Both the position numbers and the translations under genes were made by a program. DNA of 64,000 nucleotides from assembly GCA_965203745.1 (NCBI GenBank), contig CBDBDK010000002.1:390009-454008 (forward strand), in the 5' to 3' direction. The DNA is from an uncultured Candidatus Binatia bacterium. Lineage in GTDB: Bacteria > Desulfobacterota > Binatia > Bin18. The notes beneath the pieces are model-generated. The model did not search any database, was not told the origin of the DNA, and saw nothing but the letters and a program-made list of their open reading frames with translations. Shown piece after piece: positions 55,823-64,000 of this stretch. Each line of letters opens with the position of its first letter. Position 1 is the stretch's first letter.

Positions 55823-57278
55823 GCAGGCCCTCCTGATACAACTGGGCCAGGACCCGACGGACCTGGGCAGGCGGGCTCTGCCGCCCGTCGGGATGCTGCT
55901 GATAGGCTTCCAGAATGTCCGGCACGGCGCGCCGGGTCTGCACGCAACGCAGCAGGGTCGGAACGTTGACCCCGGACAGAAAACGCAGGCCGCGTGGGTA
56001 ACGCGGGGTCACAACCGCGGGCCGGAGCTCCACATGCGAGCCTTCGATAACAGGCTGCTCCTGGATACGCAGGTCAGGCGTGACCATTAAGTGCGAAACC
56101 GGCTGGGAATCAAATGGCGAAAAGGCCGTAGACGGCTGCTGCGGAGCGACGGGACCCGCGTCGGGCTCAAGGCGCAGGCAACGATGCTGCCAAAAGGGAC
56201 GGTCCGGCCAGCGGCCCTCTTCCGCGTAATAGCGGGCCGATTGCTGATAGTGGCTGTGATAGGTGTCCCGCTGACCGGATTCGTACAGCTCGGCAGCCTG
56301 GGACCGCATGGCGGGCCGCTGAAGTATAGTATTGACAACCACAGCGCCGGTAATGGCGGACGCCATGGCTTTCCGGACTCCCTCTGAGGACAAGGGATCA
56401 ATGAACAGGCCGGCGTCACCGACGAGGAGGGTGCGGCCGGCGACAAACTGCCGTGCGGTGTACAGGCTGGCATCAAAGACCTGAGGTGGGTGGGGGAGGT
56501 GCGCGTCAGCCAGAAAGCCGGAGATATAGGCCGCCTTGCGGAGTTCCTCGATATAAAAGCGTTGCAGTCCGACCCGCTTTATGGCACGGCTGTGTCGCCA
56601 GTCAACCAGCAGCGTGACATTCCGCTCGCCCGTGTGTAGCGGGACTGACCAGACCATGCCGTCCGCATAGGCTTCAAGCAGAGTGTTGGCGAAGTCTACG
56701 CCGGGTGGATTCCCCGCGTTTTGCCAATAGCCCGTCAGGGCCAGGGTCTGAAAGACGCTGTCTCGCTGGCGCAGGTTGTGGCGGGCGTATATGCCCGCGT
56801 GGCCGGTCGCATCAACACAGAAGGCTGCCCGAATGCGCCCTCCCGAACCATAGCGGACGAGCACGTCGTGCTCCCCATCAGGCCGGACGTCTCGCACCGG
56901 TTGTCCTTCCACAACCCGGACACCGGCCTGGCGCGCATGCTTGAGCAGAATCAGGTCAAAGTCGGCGCGTACAGACTGAAAACCGCGCCGGTGGTGATCC
57001 GAGCTGTAATACGCGGTCCGCGGCCGAGACGAGCCCCAACACACGCTGTGACCGGCCATACGTAGAAAGCCGGCCTGTTCCACCTGGTCCCGAACGCCCA
57101 GAAAGTCGAGGAGGGGAAAGATGCTCGGTGTCAGAGACTCCCCAATCTGGTGCCGTGGAAAACGGCGCTTCTCAATCAGCACGACGCGATAGCCGAAGCC
57201 CGCGAGTTGGTGGGCGATGGTTGCCCCGGCCGGACCGCCACCGGCAACCACGATGTCTGCTGTGGGAGGGAGTGTCAC
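55785..57278 (-). CDS. qhpG: FAD-dependent monooxygenase QhpG (CTQ biogenesis)
   Basis: GGGPAG, RHQIGES, DATG, GDAGLFIDPLSSEG; located in qhp cluster. Confidence 0.75.
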   Translation of the reverse strand: MTLPPTADIVVAGGGPAGATIAHQLAGFGYRVVLIEKRRFPRHQIGESLTPSIFPLLDFLGVRDQVEQAGFLRMAGHSVCWGSSRPRTAYYSSDHHRRGFQSVRADFDLILLKHARQAGVRVVEGQPVRDVRPDGEHDVLVRYGSGGRIRAAFCVDATGHAGIYARHNLRQRDSVFQTLALTGYWQNAGNPPGVDFANTLLEAYADGMVWSVPLHTGERNVTLLVDWRHSRAIKRVGLQRFYIEELRKAAYISGFLADAHLPHPPQVFDASLYTARQFVAGRTLLVGDAGLFIDPLSSEGVRKAMASAITGAVVVNTILQRPAMRSQAAELYESGQRDTYHSHYQQSARYYAEEGRWPDRPFWQHRCLRLEPDAGPVAPQQPSTAFSPFDSQPVSHLMVTPDLRIQEQPVIEGSHVELRPAVVTPRYPRGLRFLSGVNVPTLLRCVQTRRAVPDILEAYQQHPDGRQSPPAQVRRVLAQLYQEGLLRPISPDESQSD

Positions 57279-57434
57279 GTCAGACCTATAAGACTGCCAA
57301 TAGGAAATTGTGGGATTATTGCCCGGAGCTTATGCCGTCGGATCAGGAAGAGCAACACGCGGGCCGTGTCTATTTTATCTCCGGCCAAGCTGCTGTACAG
57401 TCGGCTTGGTCATTGCCCTCTCAGGCCTGTCGCT

Positions 57435-59174
57435 ATGCGTATTGCCTCGGTACTCTCTCGTTTCTATCGGCTGTCGCCCTTTGTGAAGCCGTATGTGCGC
57501 AGAATCGGCTTCGTCTTTCTCCTATCCTCCTTTGGCACCGTTCTCGGTCTGCTCTGGCCGCTGTTCACCAAAATCCTGATTGACGACGTTTTGCTCGCGC
57601 GCAACCTGTCGCTCTTGGTGACGCTGTGCGGGATCATGTTGGGTGTCACCCTGCTCGGTTATGGAGTCGGGGCAGTCAACCGTTATCTCTATACCCAGGT
57701 TACGGCACGCGTTTTATTTGCGCTCAGACAGCACCTCTTCGCCCATTTGCAGAAACTCTCTCTTCGCTTCCATACCCAGGTCAAAGTCGGCGACCTCCTG
57801 TCGCGTCTGAATACCGATATTGCCGAGATTCAGTCCGTCCTCACCGACGCGGCCTTCACCTTTGTCACCAATATCTTTGTCCTGCTGGCCACCGTGGGAT
57901 TTCTTATCTGGCTCAACTGGCGGCTCTTTCTGGTCAGCCTGCTCGTCATCCCGCTCCAAATATATGGGGTCCGCAAAATCCAGCCGTATATGGTCGAGGA
58001 AACCCGCAATGTACGCGAGTTGAACGCCTCGATTTCCGCCTTCTTGGTTGAGTCCCTGTCGGCTATCAAATTCGTCAAGCAGTTTGGTGCGGAGCACACG
58101 CAGTTGGGGCGTTTGGGCCGATTGGGTCAACGCTTTGTTGCGCTGGTGACACGGTTTGAAATGATCGGCTATATCGGCAGTACGACCGCGACGGCCACGA
58201 CGTTTCTGGGCAGCACCCTGGTCACCCTATACGGAGGCTATCTGGTGATTGAGGGCCAGATGAGTATTGGCAGTCTGGTTGCCTTCGCCGCCTACCAGTC
58301 CCGCGCCTTCAGTCCCATTCAGGTTCTGATGGACCTGTATTTGCGTATCGAGCGGGCCGGCGTGTCCGTGGACCGGGTGTTCGAGTTTCTGGATATCGGA
58401 CAGGAATATACCGAGCCGTCCGGCGGGACCTTACGCCTCGAAGACCTACGGGGGGAGATCGAATTTCGTGATGTGTCGTTCGGCTATCAGAACAACGCTC
58501 CGACCGATCAGCCGGTGTTGCGTCAGGTGAGTTTTCTGGTGGGGGCCGGGCAGCGCCTGACCGTTCTGGGACCGAGCGGAACGGGCAAGTCCACACTTGT
58601 CGATCTCCTGATACGGCTGTATGAGCCCCAGGCCGGAACCATCCGTCTGGACGGTCATGACGTGAGGGAGTTGGACCTGGTATGGCTGCGCCAACACGTG
58701 GTCGTCATCGGCCACGAGCCCTTTCTGTTTCACGCCTCGATTCTGGAAAACGTGTCCTACGCCAGCCCGGAGGCAAGCCGCGAAGAGATCGTCGCGGCGG
58801 TCACGGCAGTTGGCCTGCACGAGTATGTGACCGCGTTGCCTGACGGCTACGAGACCACCGTGGGTGAACGGGGGGCGCGCCTGTCGGCCGGCCAGCGTCA
58901 GCGTATTGCCCTGGCCCGCGCCCTGCTCAAAAAGCCCCGGATTCTGGTGCTGGACGAAGCCCTGTCCGGCCTTGATGTCGAAAGCGAAGCCGACCTCCGT
59001 CAGACCTTGTCCACGGTGATGCGAGGCTGTACGACCCTGGTCGTGACCCATCGGTTGAGCTCACTCCACGCCGACGATGCGGTTGTCGTGCTCAAGCGCG
59101 GCGCGGTCGAGTGGCAGGGGACCTACCGGGAACTGACCCGAGCGCCCGATATATTACAGGCCGCCACCGGATAG
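57435..59174 (+). CDS. qhpF: ABC exporter (fused TMD-NBD), QhpF-like
   Basis: TM domain, GPSGTGKS, LSAGQRQR, LDEA; qhp context. Confidence 0.75.
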   Translation: MRIASVLSRFYRLSPFVKPYVRRIGFVFLLSSFGTVLGLLWPLFTKILIDDVLLARNLSLLVTLCGIMLGVTLLGYGVGAVNRYLYTQVTARVLFALRQHLFAHLQKLSLRFHTQVKVGDLLSRLNTDIAEIQSVLTDAAFTFVTNIFVLLATVGFLIWLNWRLFLVSLLVIPLQIYGVRKIQPYMVEETRNVRELNASISAFLVESLSAIKFVKQFGAEHTQLGRLGRLGQRFVALVTRFEMIGYIGSTTATATTFLGSTLVTLYGGYLVIEGQMSIGSLVAFAAYQSRAFSPIQVLMDLYLRIERAGVSVDRVFEFLDIGQEYTEPSGGTLRLEDLRGEIEFRDVSFGYQNNAPTDQPVLRQVSFLVGAGQRLTVLGPSGTGKSTLVDLLIRLYEPQAGTIRLDGHDVRELDLVWLRQHVVVIGHEPFLFHASILENVSYASPEASREEIVAAVTAVGLHEYVTALPDGYETTVGERGARLSAGQRQRIALARALLKKPRILVLDEALSGLDVESEADLRQTLSTVMRGCTTLVVTHRLSSLHADDAVVVLKRGAVEWQGTYRELTRAPDILQAATG

Positions 59175-59198
59175 GGTGCGCACTTTTTCTCGCCCGAA

Positions 59199-59906
59199 TT
59201 ACGCGCGACTCGTCTGTTGGAGATAGGTCCGGGCGGCTTCTGGCGTCAGGTCCGGGTGGCGCTCGGCCCGGAGGGCGAGGGCTGCGGCAATATGCGCTGA
59301 GGCAAAACTATGCCCGTAAAAGTTCTGCGTCTGGGCCGGGCCGGGTAAGGGGCGCGGATAGGGATGAGCGCGAAAGGGAACCGGGCTGTCTGTGAGGGCG
59401 CGGTATTCGTCCCACGCACAGCTTTCATCCGCGGCCACGCCTATGACGCCGGGTAAGGTTGCGGGTAACACATCCGAGCGGTCCGGGGGAGAAGACGCAA
59501 TCAGGATGAGATTGGCTTCTTGCGCCTGGGCGACGAGAGTCGAGAGCGGCTGGCGATGCTGCGCGTTAATCATTCCCAGACTCAGATTGATGATTTTCAT
59601 GCGCTGTTCAATGGCCCAGCCCAAGGCCGTTTCCAGGACCGGAAATGAAGTGGCCAGATGGTCGGTAAAAATCTTGACCGCGTAGAGCTCAGACTGTGGA
59701 GCTTTGGCACGGACCACACCGGCGAGTGCGGTTCCGTGCCCGATGTGATCGGGGTACTCCGGGCTGGTCTGGACCGCGTTCTCCTCGTTCAGGAAAAAAT
59801 GGATACCACCCGCGACGTTGCCAACATGCGAATGCCGGGCGTTCACCCCGCTGTCGATAAGCGCGACTTTGACTCCCGCTCCTGTCGGCGCGCTGTCCTG
59901 ACCCAT
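59199..59906 (-). CDS. qhpE: S8 subtilisin-like peptidase QhpE (leader removal)
   Basis: IDSG, GHGT, INLSLG, GHSFA triad; no signal peptide; qhp context. Confidence 0.8.
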   Translation of the reverse strand: MGQDSAPTGAGVKVALIDSGVNARHSHVGNVAGGIHFFLNEENAVQTSPEYPDHIGHGTALAGVVRAKAPQSELYAVKIFTDHLATSFPVLETALGWAIEQRMKIINLSLGMINAQHRQPLSTLVAQAQEANLILIASSPPDRSDVLPATLPGVIGVAADESCAWDEYRALTDSPVPFRAHPYPRPLPGPAQTQNFYGHSFASAHIAAALALRAERHPDLTPEAARTYLQQTSRA

Positions 59907-59993
59907 GTCCCTGCTCCCTGCTCGCAAAGCATACCAAATATGTCTTTTTATACGAGGGTAGAAGACGACATATACAACTCCGATTCTTTCCAT

Positions 59994-60021
59994 TTGACTC
60001 TCACTCAGGGAGGTATAGAAT
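59994..60021 (+). promoter_or_regulatory. Sigma70-like promoter upstream of qhpA
   Basis: TTGACT-N16-TAGAAT. Confidence 0.45.
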
Positions 60022-60077
60022 CCGGCTATTGCGTCAGAGATGGCGTCCAGTGTTCCAGCCTGGAGGAGAGGACAGGT

Positions 60078-61757
60078 ATGACGACCGGAAAGACATGGAA
60101 ACGGATGAGAATGCAGAGCTGTATATTGCTCCTTGCAGGTGGGCTGGTTGGTCTGGCTCAGAACGTCAAGGCCGCAGAACACCAAGCAACACCTTCCGCC
60201 CGAGAAACGTTGGTGATCCGCTGTATCCGTTGCCACGCGCCGCAAGGAGAGAATGGCAAGCTTGACGCGATTGAAGCCCAGCGCAAGTCACCCGAAGGCT
60301 GGAGCATGACGCTCAGCCGTATGGTCCGCACGCACGGAGTCGAATTGCAGGACGGAGACGCCCGTATTCTGGTCAAATATCTGAGCGATCACTACGGGCT
60401 GGCGCCCAAAGAAGTCGGGCCCTATCGCTTTATTCTCGAACAGCGCAATACCCGCACCACGCAGGACGTGCCCAAACCCCTCCAGGCCGGCTGTATCCAG
60501 TGTCATACCTACGCGCGGATCGCCTTGCAGCGCCGGACGCAGGACTCGTGGGAACGGCTGCCGGATGCCAAGGTCGCGCTCATGGCGAATATCGGCAGTG
60601 AGACCGCTTCCGCCGGTCAGTTGAAAGACTATTGGTTTAATGACGCCAAGAACAGCGCAGTGCCCCATCTGATCAAGCACCAGCCGTTTGAGACCGAAGC
60701 CTGGACGGCCTGGCAGGCGGCCAAAAAGCCAAGCTATGCCGGAACCTGGCTGGTGGTTGGTCATGACCCCGGCCGCGGTGGGGATTATACCGGGCAACTT
60801 ACGCTGACCGCCGGGGAGGACGATCAATACACGGGCGAGTTTTCCTATACGTTTGCCGACGGCTCGCGGACGGAGGGCTCCACGACCGGGACGATGTACA
60901 CCGGCTTCCAATGGCGCGGCGTTGCCCAAGCCAAGGAGAGCGGAGCAGCCGGCCGGGAGATGCGGCAGCGTGAGATTTTCTTTGCCTCCGAAGACGGGAA
61001 CACCGTTTCCGGCCGGCGCTTGCTGACCAACTTCGGCGACCTGGGCATGGATGAAACCTGGTATCGCAGCCAGGGCGGGGCGCGGCTGCTGACGGTCAGT
61101 CCGGCCATGATCCAAACCGGCTCCCCCCAAACGGTAAAAATTTTCGGGATGGGCTTCTCTGGAGACACGCTGTCGGCAGATCAGGTTTCTTTTGGCGAGG
61201 GTGTGGGCGTGTTGTCTCTGCGGCTTGATGGCAACCAGACGATTGTGGCGGAAGTTTTTGCCAAGGCCGGTGTGGCAGAAGGACTGCGCGCGGTCTCCAT
61301 TCAAGGTGTGGAGGGAGAAGGGCAGGTCGCGGTCTACGAGGCGGTCGATTATATCCGCATCACGCCGGAACGGGGCTTCGCTCGCCCTGGCGGCATTCGG
61401 ACGCCGAAAATTTTTCAGCAGTACGAAGTGGTCGGCTATGCGAACGGCCCGGATAATGCCAAGGGCACGGACGACGATGTCAAGCTGGGACGGATCGGCC
61501 CGGTCAAGTGGAATCTGGAAGAATATGTGAAACGTCCGAACGACGACGATATCCAGTATGTCGGTGCGGTCGATCAAACCGGCCTGTTTCACCCCAACGA
61601 GGACGGGCCGAATCCCAAACGACACCTGATGGAAGGCAATGTGGGCGATGTCTGGGTGGAAGCCTGGTATACGCCCGAGGGTGCGAAACGGCCCATGGGG
61701 GCGCGGGCCCACCTATTGGTGATGCCGGCCAAGTTTGTCTTTCCACCGATTGAATAG
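60078..61757 (+). CDS. qhpA: Quinohemoprotein amine dehydrogenase alpha subunit (diheme)
   Basis: CIRCH and CIQCH, QRKSPEGW.MT..RM, YTGFQWRG, GPD..GTDDD, GPNPKR..NVG. Confidence 0.93.
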   Translation: MTTGKTWKRMRMQSCILLLAGGLVGLAQNVKAAEHQATPSARETLVIRCIRCHAPQGENGKLDAIEAQRKSPEGWSMTLSRMVRTHGVELQDGDARILVKYLSDHYGLAPKEVGPYRFILEQRNTRTTQDVPKPLQAGCIQCHTYARIALQRRTQDSWERLPDAKVALMANIGSETASAGQLKDYWFNDAKNSAVPHLIKHQPFETEAWTAWQAAKKPSYAGTWLVVGHDPGRGGDYTGQLTLTAGEDDQYTGEFSYTFADGSRTEGSTTGTMYTGFQWRGVAQAKESGAAGREMRQREIFFASEDGNTVSGRRLLTNFGDLGMDETWYRSQGGARLLTVSPAMIQTGSPQTVKIFGMGFSGDTLSADQVSFGEGVGVLSLRLDGNQTIVAEVFAKAGVAEGLRAVSIQGVEGEGQVAVYEAVDYIRITPERGFARPGGIRTPKIFQQYEVVGYANGPDNAKGTDDDVKLGRIGPVKWNLEEYVKRPNDDDIQYVGAVDQTGLFHPNEDGPNPKRHLMEGNVGDVWVEAWYTPEGAKRPMGARAHLLVMPAKFVFPPIE

Positions 61758-61788
61758 CGTGCTACAGGGTATGTGAGAGTCGAGCGAT

Positions 61789-63252
61789 ATGGAACTGCAC
61801 TTCCGGGCGGAAAACGCCCACGCCATAACGGAGGGCAACCAGAATATTCTGGTCGCGGCCAAAAGTATGTCCATGTTTGTCATGGACCCGGTCTCCCAGG
61901 CCGTCCTCAATTATATGCAGGCACATCCGCACGCGACCCAGGAAGCGCTGACCACCAGTCTGGCCGAGCACTTCCCGCTGGCCGAAATAACCGAGACGAT
62001 CCAGGAATTTATCACCCTGGAAATTCTGCACACCCAGGAGCGTGCCGCTACTCCCGCTCCCCAGCCGGTGCTTGATGTCGAGCATTTCCCGGTGAGTTCG
62101 CTCGTCGTCAACGTGGCTAATAAGTGCAACCTCCACTGTACCTACTGCTACGAACCCGAGGGGGCGAAATACGGCCCCTCGCCGGTCCAGATGGACTGGG
62201 AGACCGCGCGCGACAGCGTCGATTTTCTGTTCAAGAAGTCCGGCGCCAGCAAAGAGGTCAATCTGATTTTCTTTGGCGGAGAGGCGCTGCTGAACTTCAA
62301 GCTCATGCGTCGGGTCGTCGCCTATGCGGAAGAAAAGGCCCAGGCTGAGGACAAGGTCGTTGACTTTTCGCTTACGACCAATGGGACGCTGTTGACCGAC
62401 GAGGTGATTGATTTTTTTCAGGCGCATCGTTTTGGCGTGACCATCAGCATCGACGGCCCCAAAGACCTGCACGACAAACGGCGCATTTTTCTTACCAAGC
62501 GGGGCGAACAAAAAGGCTCGTACGATCTCTTACGGCCCCGCCTGGAACGCCTGCTGGAGCGCTATACGGTCAGACCGGTAGTCGCCCGGGTCACGGTCAC
62601 AAAAGACGCCATTGATATCGTGCGCACCTACGAGCATCTGACGCAGCTCGGTTTTTTTGAGGTCGGCTTTTCGCCGGTCACCGCCCAGGCCGAGACCGAC
62701 TACGGTTTGGAGCCGGCCGATTTGCGTGAATTGCTGCGGCAGTTTCGCGAGCTTGGCGCGGTATACGTCGAGCGGGCGCTTAACCAGCAGTACACCGGGT
62801 TTTCAAATTTGAGCACCATGCTGACGGACATCCACCTGGGCACCAACAAACTCTTTCCGTGTGGGGCCGGCCTGGGTCTGTTGGACGTGGACGGTAACGG
62901 TGATGTGTATTTATGCCATCGGTTTCCGGGCACTGAGGAACAAAAATACGGCAATGTCAAAGACGGCATTCAGTACGACCGGCTGAACACCTTTATCAAC
63001 GGTGCCCATGTGGGCAATAAGCCGGTGTGTCAGACCTGCTGGATTCGGGGCCTGTGTGGCGGTGGGTGCTATCACGAAGCCATGACCGAGTTTGGGGATA
63101 CGACGCTGCCGAATCTGCACTACTGCGATTTCTTGCGGGAATGGACGGAATACGGCATTGGCGTGTATATGCAGTTGCAAGAACAAACCCCTGGGTTTGT
63201 CGAGCAATATGTGCTACGCGGGCGTGGAGACGCCCCAAAAGAACTGACCTAA
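61789..63252 (+). CDS. qhpD: Radical SAM/SPASM thioether-forming maturase QhpD
   Basis: CNLHCTYC, FFGGE, PCGAG, CHRF, CQTCWIRGLCGGGCYHE. Confidence 0.95.
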   Translation: MELHFRAENAHAITEGNQNILVAAKSMSMFVMDPVSQAVLNYMQAHPHATQEALTTSLAEHFPLAEITETIQEFITLEILHTQERAATPAPQPVLDVEHFPVSSLVVNVANKCNLHCTYCYEPEGAKYGPSPVQMDWETARDSVDFLFKKSGASKEVNLIFFGGEALLNFKLMRRVVAYAEEKAQAEDKVVDFSLTTNGTLLTDEVIDFFQAHRFGVTISIDGPKDLHDKRRIFLTKRGEQKGSYDLLRPRLERLLERYTVRPVVARVTVTKDAIDIVRTYEHLTQLGFFEVGFSPVTAQAETDYGLEPADLRELLRQFRELGAVYVERALNQQYTGFSNLSTMLTDIHLGTNKLFPCGAGLGLLDVDGNGDVYLCHRFPGTEEQKYGNVKDGIQYDRLNTFINGAHVGNKPVCQTCWIRGLCGGGCYHEAMTEFGDTTLPNLHYCDFLREWTEYGIGVYMQLQEQTPGFVEQYVLRGRGDAPKELT

Positions 63253-63265
63253 GGGAGAGTGTGGG

Positions 63266-63607
63266 ATGAAACACCTCAAGGCAGCAAACTCCAAGGCCCG
63301 GGCCGTCACCGCCAGCGTGGCACAAGCGACTTCTACCGAGGAAGATGTCATCGGAATGGCCCAACCTATCGGCTGTACGACGATCTTCAATCCGGGCTGG
63401 GAGGCCAACCCGTGGGGCGGGGCCAGCAGCATGTGCGCCCCCATGGAGGCCGACCTGCTGAGCTGTGCGAATCTGTGCTGGTGGCCGGCTCAGGTACCGG
63501 ACAGCCTCCAGAACGCCCCCGAGTGGGCCAAAGGATGCTCGGGCATGAACCAGGAAGACTGGCGCAACCTCGACGTTGTTTTCCCTAAGACCGATACGTC
63601 CGGGTAA
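63266..63607 (+). CDS. qhpC: QHNDH gamma subunit (CTQ precursor) QhpC
   Basis: MKHLK leader; GCTT.F.PGWE, C.PMEADL..C...CWWPAQV.D. Confidence 0.96.
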   Translation: MKHLKAANSKARAVTASVAQATSTEEDVIGMAQPIGCTTIFNPGWEANPWGGASSMCAPMEADLLSCANLCWWPAQVPDSLQNAPEWAKGCSGMNQEDWRNLDVVFPKTDTSG

Positions 63608-63632
63608 ACGCGGCGGGCGGAAGGAGCCGGTG

Positions 63633-64000
63633 GTGCACGGGAAAAACAGGCCGCTGCTGGGGGCCGCGCTCTTCGTGTTCGGGCTGCTGGTCCTACCGCA
63701 GACGACTTGGGCCAAGTGGTATCTCCTGGCCAGTACGCATCCCAACAACCTGGTCGTCGTCGATACCGAAACCGACACGGTGGTCAAAGACATCGCCCTT
63801 GAGGGTCGCGGACCGGCGCTCTATATCGCGCCGAACCCGGCCCAGCCGCAGTTCGCCTATGTCGTGAACAACCTGGCCAAAAGCGTTGCCATGGTCGATC
63901 TGGACGAGGGCAAGCAGGTCAAAAGCTTTGACCTGTCGAGCGACAACGAACTGGTGCGCACCATGGCGATCGACGTGAATACGCAGGGCACCCGGCTGTT
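63633..64000 (+). CDS. qhpB: QHNDH beta subunit QhpB (3' truncated by window)
   Basis: AAGGAG RBS, GTG start, signal peptide, then YLLASTHPNNLVVVDTETDTVVK beta-propeller start; open to window edge. Confidence 0.85.
   Translation, partial: MHGKNRPLLGAALFVFGLLVLPQTTWAKWYLLASTHPNNLVVVDTETDTVVKDIALEGRGPALYIAPNPAQPQFAYVVNNLAKSVAMVDLDEGKQVKSFDLSSDNELVRTMAIDVNTQGTRL

Noticed and set aside
55785-57278. Tryptophan halogenase of a natural-product cluster
   Set aside because: Intact WxWxIP motif absent (MVWSVP); qhp context favours QhpG.
57150-57434. Long N-terminal extensions in the ORF track (also 9391, 59658, 60245, 29492, 9671, 5380)
   Set aside because: They overlap neighbouring genes or repeats; downstream starts fit RBS positions and family N-termini better.

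Overview
GC-rich bacterial window rich in catabolic oxidoreductase and hydrolase genes: 5 luciferase-like monooxygenases, 2 PhyH dioxygenases, 2 amidohydrolases and a DUF1329/DUF1302 pair. The gene mix suggests a Binatia/deltaproteobacterium-like heterotroph (inference only). Highlights: (1) a tandem array of three secreted paralogues (22231-27812) built from repeated LENP..SGWAC beta-rich domains and Cache-type sensor domains, with no membrane anchor or signalling output, and a Cys-bounded hypervariable loop beside identical DNA; (2) a quinohemoprotein amine dehydrogenase (qhpG,F,E,A,D,C,B) cluster at the right end with unusual substitutions (apparent His-to-Lys heme ligand, fifth Cys and Asp12Asn in QhpC); (3) a DsbA-like selenoprotein split in the ORF track (UGA in U-P-Y-C plus a SECIS-like hairpin) near a VKOR-DsbA fusion; (4) a trp attenuator (WWW leader peptide, two tandem terminators) upstream of fused trpE(G); (5) several REP-like palindrome families, including a 54-bp element inserted into another repeat; (6) two single-base frameshifts and a truncated PIN toxin. 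No rRNA, tRNA, CRISPR array, integrase, transposase or reverse transcriptase was seen.
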